A stretch of DNA of 63,921 bases, filler included, from Conidiobolus incongruus B7586 (lineage: Eukaryota): assembly GCA_000697335.1 (NCBI GenBank). It is 19 parts of 19 records of this genome, joined end to end, with 100 filler letters (N's around TTAATTAATTAA, not from the genome) between each part and the next. Parts side by side here need not be neighbours in the genome. Positions count along the whole stretch, not along the records: positions 1 to 1,196 come from JNEM01005375.1; positions 1,297 to 3,057 come from JNEM01005376.1; positions 3,158 to 4,199 come from JNEM01005377.1; positions 4,300 to 10,593 come from JNEM01005382.1; positions 10,694 to 12,901 come from JNEM01005383.1; positions 13,002 to 14,505 come from JNEM01005384.1; 13 more parts are not named here. One strand, written 5' to 3'. Shown here piece after piece: positions 1-13,124 of this stretch. The first letter of the stretch is position 1. The number at the start of each line of letters is the position of its first letter. The notes beneath the pieces are model-generated. The model saw only the letters and a program-made list of their open reading frames with translations. It had not been told where the DNA came from and searched no databases. The position numbers and the translations under genes are program-made.

Positions 1-1196
1 TAAATGATTTTTTAATAGTTTAAAGAGTTTTTTTTAATCAAAATAAAAAAAATCATTATTTAATAATATTTATCAAAATAATTCAAAAAATTTTTTATTT
101 TTTTTTATTAATGATAATTAAGTTAATATTTGCTAGGTTTTTATAATTAAAATAAAAAAATAAGTATGTAAAATTCTTTAATAAAATATTTATAATATAG
201 TTTTATTAACCTAAGAGATATCAAATAAAAAATAAACTTAAATAGTTTTAATCTCTCTTACTTATTTTTTTAATAAATACTTTTGAATATTTAAGTAAAT
301 AAGTAATTTATAATCTATAAGTGTTAAAAAAAGTTGGTAAGATAAGAAATATAAGTAATTCTTAATTATTTCTACTAAAGCAAAAAGTTTTTATTTACAA
401 ACTAAATATTTTGTTTAGCTGGTTTTAATTTTTTTAACTTGAATATTATTATCTTTAAGAAAACATTTATAAGGTTAAGCTCAATATATTCACCTTTATT
501 TATTATTTTATTTTATAATTAAAAAGTAAAATATAAATTAAAATTAAATTAAATTAATTATATATTAATTACAAAAGAATTGATGTAAATAAAAATATTA
601 ATAGGTAATTTAAAATTAAAAATAAATTAAATTAAAACATTAATAATAAAAAATTTTAAAACATTTATACAAAAAGTATATGGTATAGTTTATTTAAAAA
701 AAGAGTTTTTTCTCAAGAGATTAGTTAAAAAGGTTATAATTTGAACAAAAGAATAACGAAATCTTTAAAGTAATTTAATAATTTAAATATAAACATAAGT
801 TAATTTTATTTATAAATATATTAAAAACTTTTATAATATTGAGTTTAATTAAATCAATATTAATTCTTTAGGAAGAAATAATATAATAATAAAAAGGGAT
901 TGAAGAAACTTTAAAATTATATTTTAATAATTTTTAAAATAATTTATATTCTTAAATAATTTATAAAAATTAATTAATATATTAGATATATTTTTTTAAT
1001 TTTTAAAAAGATTAAAATATTATCAAAATAAATAATATTAAAGTTATTAAAAACAAGGTTAAAAAAGGAATTGATAAATTAAATAAAAATTACAAAGACA
1101 TTTTATCATTTAAAGTTTATAATAATAAATTTATAATAGTTTAGTAAAATATTAAAAACAATTAAAGAAATTGAATTTTCTTTAATTTCAATATTA

Positions 1197-1296
1197 NNNN
1201 NNNNNNNNNNNNNNNNNNNNNNNNNNNNNNNNNNNNNNNNTTAATTAATTAANNNNNNNNNNNNNNNNNNNNNNNNNNNNNNNNNNNNNNNNNNNN
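1197..1296. other. Assembly gap linker (first of 18)
   Basis: N44-TTAATTAATTAA-N44 block, giving stops in all six frames. Recurs at ~3058, 4200, 10594, 12903, 14506, 30248, 32083, 33926, 35087, 43616, 44816, 46944, 48785, 50113, 51715, 59354 and 62618. Confidence 0.97.
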
Positions 1297-1456
1297 AGTA
1301 ATTCTAATTATTTTATAAATTGAACTACCTTAATTATAAAATTAATTAATATATAAATAAATCTTTTTAAAAAGGGATTCAAGTATTTTAATACTAATAT
1401 TATATAAAATAATAATTTAAAATAATAATATCAATATATATATATATATATATATA

Positions 1457-3027
1457 TACTAACTTGCAAAAGTAAGTCATAAAATCAAAAACACTTATAT
1501 TTTTACTAATAACTTGATTAATATTTAATAAAATAAATCTAATTTATATAATTAAAATCTATTATATTTTTTAATTATATATATCATTAAATGATGATAT
1601 TTAGCTATTAATTAACTAAAATATAAACCTTTAAATTTTATCTATGGTGAGTTATAAATTTGTAGGTTTTTGATGATAAAAAAAATTACAACCTAGTATA
1701 TCTACCTTTAACTTTTTTAACCTCTTTAAATTTGTGGGGTATAGAATCAACTAACTTCATACATTAAAAAGGGTTAATCTTGTTCTATACTTCTTGAACA
1801 TATTTTTAAAATTGATTTAAATATTTAACTAGGGGGAAAGCTTTAATAACTTTTTTTAATTGATTCTAAAGGTGTTTAATTAGATTAAAGTTAAAAGATT
1901 GAAGAAGCTACTTTATAATTATTATCTTATTATTTTTAAGCTATTTGGTAATAAAAGCTATAGTATAACAAGAAGTATTATTTTATTAGAAAATAATATT
2001 AGATTTATTTAACCTATATTATTTAATAGTTTATTTAATTTATAGTTTAGAATACTTTAATATATTTTAATATTAATTCCCCTATTAACTTTACAAAGAT
2101 ATCTTACACCTAAAAACAACATATATCCCCAAATAATAATTAACCTATTATAGTACTTTTGGGTAAAATTAACATAATAGTTACAAAGTAGTTTTGTATC
2201 TTTTCTGAAGTATCTAGCTTTTTTATCAAATTTATTAAAGTATATTTTTGTTTCATTAAACTAAATAACTTAACTTTAATTAGTTTTAATTCAACATTAG
2301 TAATAACATTTAAACTCCCATCTAACTTTATAGTAGGATTTTTTTAGTTAGGGGTGTTTTTTCTTAAAGTGTAAGTGATATCTATGTTAGCATAAAATAC
2401 ATATAATAGTATCAGTGTTAACTAATATTCTTATATAGTTTTATAGTTCTTGTTATATTTCTATAATAGTACCACATTTACCTATATTAACTAACCTATA
2501 AATATATTTCTTATCATATTCATCTATAATTTTAACATGTTTAAATTTAGATTTAAATGTTTTTTTATTGTTATTCTTAATAACTTTAACTATAGTAAAC
2601 TAATTAACACTAGTAATTCTAATAATATTACAAGTTAATTTACCTTTTTTATAAAGTTAATTAATATACAAGTAGATTTTTTTAGAGAAGGATTTAGGTA
2701 TAATAATATTAATAAAATAAATTTAGTATATCTGTAAAATATAATATAAAATAATAGTAAAGAGTGAAAAAAAATATAGTTATATATTATTAAATATATC
2801 CTTTTATCTTAAAAACCTACAAATTTATAACTTACTTTAGTTAAATATTAAGGGTTAATATTTTTGCTAATAGTTTACTATATATATCTAAATATATTTA
2901 TTTATTATTAATTAATATACTTTAATTATATATTATAATTTCAAGTAATCTAATATATATAATTGTTTTAGTTATTAATTAATATATATATATTTTTAAT
3001 TTTATAACTTATTTTTACAAGTTAGTG
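1457..3027 (-). mobile_element. Tc1-family (DD34E) DNA transposon, full-length, transition-degenerated
   Basis: Ends TACTAACTTGCAAAAGTAAGTCATAAAAT / ATTTTATAACTTATTTTTACAAGTTAGTG, flanked by TA with the left end in a (TA)n run. Interior is the reverse complement of the 10726-12290 copy. Confidence 0.9.
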
Positions 3028-3157
3028 TATATTAAATTTTAAATTATAAATAAGATGNNNNNNNNNNNNNNNNNNNNNNNNNNNNNNNNNNNNNNNNNNN
3101 NTTAATTAATTAANNNNNNNNNNNNNNNNNNNNNNNNNNNNNNNNNNNNNNNNNNNN

Positions 3158-4199
3158 TGTTATTAGATTAATAAGTTTTAATCTTTATTTCATTAATTAT
3201 AATAAATACCCTAATTTAATAATTGTTTTAAAAGTTAAAATTAATTTATATTTAGATTTTAATAAATTTTAATCTAATATCAAATATATTAATTTCTTTA
3301 TTATATTTAACTTAAATGAAAATTAAAGGATCATAAAATAGTAATATTTAAAGTTATTTAGAAATGCTCTTAAAAATAATATTAGTATGTTTATTTATCT
3401 AAAATAAATTACTTTTAAACTTATCTTATTTAAATTTAACTTAAATTTAAAATACTTACTATTATATTATGATCCCTATAAGATTTAATTTATTATTTTG
3501 ATTTTTGAAAGTTTTATCTTAGAATTATCTTTAATTTTAAGGATTAACTTTACTTTTGATATATTTAAAATTAAATCTTATTTTGAAATTTTCAATATAT
3601 TTCTTAAATAATTAAAGACCTTAAAATAAGATTTATTATTAATTAAATAGAGAAAAAGAATACTATATTGATTATATAATTAAATTTAATTTATCAAGAA
3701 TAAGCTTTGCTTATATATAAAATAAATTGGATATTTTATTAAAAAATTATATAAGAATTTTTAGAAAATATTAAAAATATCTTAACCTATTATATTTATT
3801 TGTATAAATCTAAAGAATATATTTTTTTTAAAATATTGATTAAGCAAATATTAAAAAACTAATTCTTTAAACTCTTATATATATTTCTTTATAAATTAAT
3901 TAACTATAAATTATATAATTAATCTGTATTTTTTAATTAAACTATATATATAAATAATATTAAATTATTTAATAAACTAAGTTTTTTTTCCTCTCAATTC
4001 TTATTATTTCTTATCTTTTATATTACTTTTAAGATTAAAACTATATTTTATCAATATTATAGTATATTAACACTACCTAATATAAATCTTAAAATATTAG
4101 TGACTCATTCTAGTTTAAAGCTTAATTAAACTTTGTTTATATATTCATATTATATTCTATATTATATTATCACATTTTATGCCATATTATCTTTATATC
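3158..4199 (+). mobile_element. Ty3/gypsy (chromovirus-like) integrase C-terminus/chromodomain remnant
   Basis: Degenerate motifs in the expected order: YDPYKI at ~3468 (GPY/F), FDIFKIKSY (FHVSKIKPY-like), NREKEYYIDYI at ~3646 and LYIK*IGY at ~3710 (chromodomain). Recognisable only after reverting transitions. Confidence 0.55.
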
Positions 4200-6163
4200 N
4201 NNNNNNNNNNNNNNNNNNNNNNNNNNNNNNNNNNNNNNNNNNNTTAATTAATTAANNNNNNNNNNNNNNNNNNNNNNNNNNNNNNNNNNNNNNNNNNNNA
4301 ATAAATTAATATTTAAAAAAATGATTATTCAAATATATTAGATTTATAAAGTTTTAAATATAAAATCTAACTCAATATTTATTCTTTATAATCATAGTTA
4401 TATTTATAATAAATAAAATTTGAATATTTTATAATTTTATCAAAATATTTAAAATAATATATTTAATTAAAGAATATTCAAGTGGATATTTAAAAACTAT
4501 AAACTAAGAAATGATTTTTATTTAATAGAAAATAAATCAAATTAAAATATAATAATATATAAATATATATATTATCAATTATATGAAAACCAAAATAAGG
4601 AACTTTATTAAATTATTTGGTTGATATTAATTAAATAAACATTATATATATAGTCAATATTGAATAATAATTAAAAAATTCATATTATAATATTAATTTT
4701 TACAAATAATAGTTAATTTTATAATATGATTAAAAATGATATTTTGCCAATAAATTTAAATGAGATAATTAAAATATTTATACTTTGATAATATTTTAAT
4801 TTATATATATTCAATTAAAAATAAATTGAAATAAATAATATTATAAAGTTTATAAACGATTATATAAAATTTTGTGTTTAAGATAACATAGATTAAATTA
4901 GATATAATAATAATAAAAATAATAAAAATCAGACATTAAAAATATATTAACATTTTAAAGAAGTAATAGCAAAAATTTAACATTTATTAAATGAATGTGT
5001 ATTATAAAATAATTAAATAATCTTTCATTTATTTAATACTTAACAAGAGCAAAAAAAACTTTTAAAATCACTGAATTGTGAATAAATATACATTTGATTG
5101 GAAGTATTATTAAATAAAGTAAAAATATACTTTATAATTGAATTTGACTCAATGATTATATTAGGTAAATTTTATTTAATTTTATTTCAATATTATTCAT
5201 AATTTTAAAAATGAGATTGCTAATGGTATATTATTATGAAACTAAATAAAAATATTTGATAATAATAAAATAACTTGGTTTGACCTTTGAATAAATAAAT
5301 AAATAAAATATATTACAACAAAATTAATAATGTATGAAAATAATATAATACATAGCTCAATTAGAATCAAGCTGAAATTAGCATTATATGTTTGGATATA
5401 TTGTTTACTGTAAGGCTTAAAGTATAAGTTTGCTGATTGGTTGAATGATTGGACGAATATTGATTATAAAGAACAATCTTGCGGATATGAATTGACAAAA
5501 GTAAAGTGATTATCATTTGACGCGTGGCCTTGTGTTTATATTTGACATGTTATACTGTGGCAATGTTGATGTAGCACAGTAATTTAAATATGAAATGTAA
5601 ATTGGTTAAATCTAATGTAATAAAGGCATTCAATTATTGAGATATCGGATAGAACATTAACAATTAGCCAAGCGAATTTCTGGTGCATGATTGAGGGAGG
5701 AATTGATTAAACTGAATCTGAAGAAGGGTCAAAGAGCTAGTAAATTTGCGGTACTCGATTTCCTTACTAAGAATAACCCGATTTGAATTATAGTAATCAT
5801 TAAAAATTAGGACCAAAATAGTAATAATTTCATTTCATTTCATCATTACATAATAAAAATAGTTGGGTTGATTGATAATGGCTTAATTTTGTGTGCTTGT
5901 TTATTTGATGTTTAATTTGCTTGAAAATCTTTTGGGGGGCAAAATTGGGAAGAGAGAGTGGAGAACCATCCAATCAGATCAGAGAGAACATTGAATTGAA
6001 TATAAAGAAAATGGGGTGGGGTGTTTGAGTGGAGGAGGGTGGAATTAGTCTGCATATATAAACAAATCGTTTCATTAATTATAAATGAAATTACAAAAAT
6101 TAATTTCGACGGATATATATATATTTCGAAGTCGAAATCCTTTCTACTACTCATCATTAATTA

Positions 6164-7051
6164 ATGACTACATCAGCACCATCTCTACGATTCTCTACTC
6201 AACTTCCACTCAATCCTACTCCTCCAACTTATGAGGCAGTCACTTCTCCTAGAAAAATCTCATTTGTTAAAGACAAAAAGAAACCAAAGAGAGAAAGGGA
6301 TCTGTTTATCAACTCCAATTGCTACAGCTTAAGCTCAAGTGAAAGAGCTTTAAATGAGGATTCATTTGTTTTAGACCAGTTCTTGAATATATATAACACC
6401 AGGCCACTTGTTCTTATGATCATTGAAGGGTATCGATGGTCCAAAGTACTCAGAAAGTGCATCACCTGTTCCAATGCTTACGATCAAAATGATTTTACTC
6501 TCACTATAGATCTTTCTCAATATCTTCCCGAACATAGCCCTATCCAAACTACGGAAACCTATTTATCCGATTCCGATTCGAAAACTACATCTTCTACCCC
6601 AGCACCTAATTCACAGCCCAAATTCCAAAGTCTCGAAGAAACTCTCAACTATTTCACTCAAAAAGATCGCTTCATGCAAAAACTAAGTGTAAAGAAGGAG
6701 GCCAAAATCCCCACCCAACGCTTAGCAGATTTGGTTACACAGCTCATTCGAGGCGAAGGTTACAAACATAACATCAAAATCACATTCAGAACTTACTTGA
6801 AGGAAATTAAGGTGTTCAGCCATCGCGTCGACTCCAGAGTCGCACGCAATCACTTTCTCAAGACCTTGGCATGCTGTACAGGCCTCTGGATTCCCATTTT
6901 ACCAGCTCACCGATACTACCACAACAAAAATACCATCCAGCTGTATGCCAACTACGACATGTGTCTGTCTCCAGAATACTGGCTAATTAACCATCAAATC
7001 CAAATCACCGAAGCAGTCCAAGACTATCTTAAATCCAATCAATCATCTTAG
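6164..7051 (+). CDS. Hypothetical protein (295 aa), N-terminal PPxY motif, one C-terminal hydrophobic segment
   Basis: Long ORF with elevated GC and retained CpG. PPTY at aa 20-23, S/T/P-rich linker, FLKTLACCTGLWIPILP segment. Resembles uncharacterised fungal proteins; no function recognised. Confidence 0.8.
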   Translation: MTTSAPSLRFSTQLPLNPTPPTYEAVTSPRKISFVKDKKKPKRERDLFINSNCYSLSSSERALNEDSFVLDQFLNIYNTRPLVLMIIEGYRWSKVLRKCITCSNAYDQNDFTLTIDLSQYLPEHSPIQTTETYLSDSDSKTTSSTPAPNSQPKFQSLEETLNYFTQKDRFMQKLSVKKEAKIPTQRLADLVTQLIRGEGYKHNIKITFRTYLKEIKVFSHRVDSRVARNHFLKTLACCTGLWIPILPAHRYYHNKNTIQLYANYDMCLSPEYWLINHQIQITEAVQDYLKSNQSS

Positions 7052-8959
7052 ATAGTTTATCCTCCAAATATCATGAAATATGAACCCAATCCTCCATCTC
7101 GTTTCTGATCAATATCCATTGAATCAGATTCAAAATTAATTTCAGCTGGTCGCGCTTAAAAATGCAGCTTCATTGCCAAATGGCTTGACTCTAAGCCATT
7201 TTGTATCCAAATCAATATTGTGTATTTATAATTATATTTTGCTTAATTGTATAGACTAAGCACATTGTATTTAATAACTTTTGCATTATTATATTATCAA
7301 CATTAATTAATAAAAACCATCCATTTCGATTTAGATTATATTTTAAATTGATCAAGTAACTTATTTTTTATAAGGGTTTTATTTTATCTATTATACCATG
7401 TATCCACAAATAGTTTAGATTATGTAAACTTGAATATTATTATTATGATTATTATTCGATCTAATTGCACTTCAATTATCCTTATTTCAATACGATTTCT
7501 AAATTCAAGCTTGAAATTCGATAAAGAATTTCATTTCGAATTATTACAAAATATTACACAATAATGATATTCTTAATTAATATAAAATCTAAAAAATTAC
7601 ATTTCATGATTTTATCTTTTCTCAAAAATGAAACGGGGTTTTATCAAGAGAGGCTAAATGATAATTTTACAAGTTTATTAATTCTTCAACTAGAAGCATA
7701 ATTTGCAGATCACCTTATAATACACACTATTTTTTATCAATATCAACTATTTTCATAATTTACAGGATTTATCACTCTCATATAAACCTATATTTAAATT
7801 ATATAATAAAAAGTTATTTGAATATTCCTTGGTTATATAATGTGTATATTAAAACTGTGTTTACACAATGAAACAAAGTGAATTTAATATATAATTCAAA
7901 TATTCGTTATAATCTATTCTAAATTTGATTTATCTCAAAATAACTTTATACTCAAATCTTGACATTGTTTTAAATTAAACAGTTTCAAATAATAATGAAA
8001 ATATAATCAAAATAGTATTCTCTTTATTAAAGTGATTCTTCAATTGTTTCAGACAATCACTAGTATAATTATCATAAATTAATCAATTAATTGTAAACTT
8101 TAAAATTTCAAATGCAAGATGACAAAATATGTCAATATTTTGACATATTTAGTATTTTATATTCTATATACTATTGTAATAATTAAATTATTTTTATTAT
8201 TTAAAATGAATGTCTAGAATGTTAATTTAAAATATATTTAAAATATAATAATAAAATAATCAGATTTAATTATTCAAATTAACTTTTTAGGCTGATCATC
8301 TAAATTAAAATAAATCTAATAGCAATTTGTTGATAAAGGGTATACTTTGGCATTTTTATCATTTAGGAAATTAATTTAAATATTAATATCCATATATATA
8401 TAGATTAATATTTAAATAATTCAATTTTGAAGTATACTTGTACAATATCTTTCATTTTAGGTATATACCAGCAATATGCCTAGCTTTGTGAAATTTAATC
8501 AAAATTACTATTTATGTTGACTTAGTCCAATTGAAAATAATAGAATATAAAGATCAATTTTTGGTAGTAGATATAATTTATGCTCAAATTCATTTCAAGC
8601 TATTTGAAATTTAATATATTAATAGAAAATGAGTGACACCAAAAGGATAGGTGTATTCCTGAAAACACTTGATACATTTATCGATATGATCATAATATTT
8701 TTATTAAACTCAAAATCTAGTTCATTTGATAATAATCAAATATGAATAATATAGTGAAGTAATGTTTATACATATTCCTGTACCTATTGAATTCATTTAT
8801 AACATATAATTCAAAATAAATATATCAAAAATAATTATTAATTATTTTGTTAACAGAGATATATAACTAGTTTAAAGATAACTGAATAATTGATATTCCT
8901 ATAATCCTAATATTTTACCAAGATAACATTTTAATAGTTGACAACATAGCAAATATAAT

Positions 8960-8962
<3 letters not shown>

Positions 8963-9004
<42 letters not shown>
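8963..9004. repeat. (AT)n microsatellite
   Basis: About 20 AT units; similar runs at ~1435, 29923, 52579, 55871. Confidence 0.9.
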
Positions 9005-9006
<2 letters not shown>

Positions 9007-10725
9007 CAGTTTATTACTTTGAAACATATAATTAAATTCAATACCTGATTTTATTCAATTCAATTTTGAATAATCTTATTTTTATTATTAAAATATTATT
9101 CTCAATAAAATCAATTTTGAATAACCTTACTCATAATTAAACTTGATAGAAAATAATCTTGTCAATCACTCAAGCAGCTGTGATTACTATATTGAATCAA
9201 GAAGTCATACTGGAGAACACCCATTTCCTGAACTGAATGGTTGTGTTCCTTTCTATCACCAAGTCATTCTTATCCATCAAACTCAATAATGAAAGCTAAT
9301 ATAATATTATCACAAACAAACTAATAAATATATCTTTTTTATTTTTATTTTGAAAGTATCTAGTCTCTAAGCTTTTCTTTTAACCCTCAAAAAAATATTG
9401 AGTGGCGATGAGCTTGAGGTACTTTACTCAAAGAACCTGATTTACAATATGCCATTTCCACCTCACTGGATCAACCCCATTAATTTTCCCTAACTTTCTG
9501 GTAATCTATCATTTACCATTGGCAATTCTTTGTTTAAGCTCTAAAAGTCTGTTTCCTCCCATAATTATATTCCTCAAATATTATCCTATAAAATAAAATC
9601 TATATTTAATAATAGCTGTTTATAAAATATACATTTCAACTCAATAATTAAATTATCTTTACATAATCATCCATACCTCTAAACCAATAAATCTTACTAT
9701 ATATCAAATTATTTTATCTTTAATAATCATTATATTTTTATCTTTATTTAATAAGTTAACCATAAAATTAGTGCCAAATAAGAAAGTTATTTCAATCAAT
9801 AATTATATATTGTTATATAATCATAGCTATTAATTATTTTTTCCTTGGAAACTTTAATATCCTAATTTTGGAAACTATGTTATTTATATTATATTAAGTT
9901 TGACTATTAATAATTAATGATATTGGGATTTAGTTTATATAGATTATTATTTAAAAGTTAGTGATAAAGATATCTTTCATTATTTATTAGAATAAAAATT
10001 GATAAGTTTTAGGGAAAATAGAATAAAAGATAAATTATAGGTAGATTAAAATAAACAGGAAAAAACATAAGCAATAAATTTATAATAATACAAGAAGAAT
10101 TTTGTAATTTTTTTAGCTCGTTATGATTATTGGAATTAATCAAAATTTTCCATATTTATTTTATTATTTTTATTAAGCTACTAAGTTAATTCAATCCTAA
10201 TAATCATTTTATAATAGTAAATTTATTGGTTTAAATATTCTTTTTGTTAGCAATTATTATCAGTAATATATTAAATTTAATATAATTTGAAATCACTTAA
10301 TATTAAAGAAAATCTTATATTATATTTAAATAATTAAATATTTTTAATTAAAACTTAATATATTTAAACTAAACTCAATTGCTATATTTTTTGAATATAA
10401 TAATTAATAATATATTATTGATATTTATGATATATTATAATTAAATATTAAATATAAAATATGACTTTAATTGTTTTATTAATATATAAAATATTTTTTA
10501 GTAATTGGATTTTAATTGATAAATTTTTATCTAGTTTAAATATAATTTATATAAATATATAATATTAAGCAAAGTTTATTTAAAAATATTATTNNNNNNN
10601 NNNNNNNNNNNNNNNNNNNNNNNNNNNNNNNNNNNNNTTAATTAATTAANNNNNNNNNNNNNNNNNNNNNNNNNNNNNNNNNNNNNNNNNNNNGATATTA
10701 TTCAAAATTTATCAAAATTTATATA

Positions 10726-12290
10726 TACTAACTTATAAAAATAAGTTATATATTTAAAAAATACATATTTTAATTAATAACTAAAATAATTATATATATT
10801 AGATTATTTGAAACTATAATATATATTTAAGATATATTATTTAATAAATAAATATATTTAGATATATTTAATAATCTATTAGCAAAAATATTAACTCTTA
10901 AAATTTAACCAAGGTAAGTTATAAATTTGCAAGTTTTTGAGATAAAGGGATATATTTAACAATATAAAAATCATATCTTTTCTTTTCTTTACTATTATTT
11001 TATAAAATATTTTTTAAATATATTAAATTTTTTTTAATATCATTATACCTAAATCCCTCTCTAAAAAAATCTACTTGTATATCAATCAATTTTATAAAAA
11101 AGGTAAATCAACTCATAATATTGTTAGAATTTCTAATGTTAGTTAATCTACTATAGTTAAAGTTATTGAGATTAATAATAAAGAAACATGTAAACCTAAA
11201 CTTAATTATGCTAAAGTTATAGATAAATATGATAAGGAATATATTTATAAGTTGGTTAATATAAGCAAGTATAATATTACTATAGAAATACAGCAGGAAT
11301 TATAAAACTATGTAGGAATATTAGTTAACACTAATACTATTACATATGCTTTATATTAACATAGATACCACTTATATTTTAAGTAAAAACACCCCCAATT
11401 AAAAAAATCCCATTATAAAGTTAGGTAAGAGTTTAAATATCATCACTAATATTAAACTAAAACTAATTATAATAAGGTTATTTAGTTTAATAAAATAAAA
11501 ATATACTTTAGTAGATTTAATAAAAAAGCTAGATATTTTAAAAAAGATGCAGAATTACTTTATGACCATTATGTTAATTTTACCCAAAAGTATAATAATA
11601 GGTTAATTATTGTTTAGGGATATATATTATCTTTAGGTGTAAAATATCTTCATAAAGTTAATAGGGGAATTAATACTGAGATATACTAAAGTATTTCAAA
11701 CAATAAATTGAAAAAAACCATTGAATAATATAGGTTAAACAAATCTAATTTTATTTTCCAATAAGATAATACCTCTTGTTATATTTTAACTTCTACTACT
11801 AAATAACTTAAAAATAACAAGATAATAGTTATAAAGTTTCTTTTTTAATCTTTAAACTTTAATCTAATTGAATATCTTTAGGATCAGTTAAAAAAAGCTA
11901 TTAAAGCCTTCCCTTTAACAAAAGATTTAGATCAACTTTAAAAATATATTCAAGAAGCATAGAATAAGATTAACCTTTCCTAGTGTAAAAAGTTAATTGT
12001 TTCTATATCCCACAAACTTAAAAAAATTAGAAAAGTTAAAGATAGATATACTAGGTTTTAATTTTTTTTATCTCTAAAAACCCAAAAATTTATAACTCAC
12101 CTTAGGTAAAATTTATGGGTTTATATTTTAACCAATTAATAACTAAATATCATCATTTAATGATATATACAATTAATTAATATAATAGATTTTAATTATT
12201 TAATTTAGGTTTATTTTATTAAATATTAATTAAGTTATTAGTAAAAATATATATGTTTTTGATATTATGACTTATTTTTATAGGTCAGTG
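10726..12290 (+). mobile_element. Tc1-family (DD34E) DNA transposon, full-length; dead transposase frame 11045-12061
   Basis: TA-flanked, right end ...TAGGTCAGTG|TA. The 339-codon frame reads IPKSLS...KVI*FNKIKI (VIWSDETK)...KYNNRLIIV*G (KHGGGSIMVWG)...FQ*DN...*SLNFNLIEYL*DQLK (QSPDLNPIEHLW)...YTRF*. 34 codons lie between the second D and E. Confidence 0.93.
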
Positions 12291-13001
12291 TAATTAATTT
12301 TTTTATTGTTTTTATATTATTAATCAATTTACAATATATATATTGATAAATATCTTTTGATTTTTTTAAAAATTAACTAAATATTTAAAAATAGGTATAT
12401 AAGTATATTTTCAATATTTTAATTCAAAATTATATTAAATTAATACAAATACAAAGTATATATTTTATAATTTACCTGAATTATAGAAATAATAATAAAA
12501 TAATTACAGTTAAATAAAAATAATTAAAATATAAATAAAAAAGGTTTTTATATTTAATATTTATAATTAATATATCTTAAATTTTTTAATATCTTTTTTA
12601 ACTAAAAATAAAACAAAATATTTTTATAGGTCAATTAATACTATTAATCAAATTTAATTAATTAGTTATTTAATTATAAATAATAATTGATCAATATAAT
12701 TAATTTATAATCATCTAAAATTCTTTAATTTAATAACATAAGTGAAGGCAATTAATATTAAACTCTATATTGATTATTTGAATAAAAATTTTTTATATAA
12801 TATATTTAATTTTATTTAAAGATATTAATTACTATATATAATAAATTAAAAAAATATAAAATTAAAGTTATCAAATATATTTTAAATAAATTAAAATATA
12901 ANNNNNNNNNNNNNNNNNNNNNNNNNNNNNNNNNNNNNNNNNNNNTTAATTAATTAANNNNNNNNNNNNNNNNNNNNNNNNNNNNNNNNNNNNNNNNNNN
13001 N

Positions 13002-13124
13002 ATCATCATTAATAATAGATTAAAACTTATGAAAGTAAAGATGTGTAGTTTAATAAAATAAAATATATTTTATTAATTTTCATCAAAAAGATATATATCT
13101 TAAAAAAGATATAAAATTATTTTA
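13002..13124 (+). mobile_element. Fragment of the same Tc1 transposase, interrupted by the next copy
   Basis: Aligns by eye with ~11445-11562 (TAGTTTAATAAAATAAAA...AAAAAAGAT...TTTA) and stops at a TA. Confidence 0.7.

Noticed and set aside
1..1196. TE-like, CpG-poor coding texture
   Set aside because: Probably another mutated element, but no motif could be recovered.
1241..1252. TTAATTAATTAA repeated 18 times, resembling a regular repeat array
   Set aside because: Always centred in N-runs of fixed length: an artificial contig linker, not CRISPR or biology.
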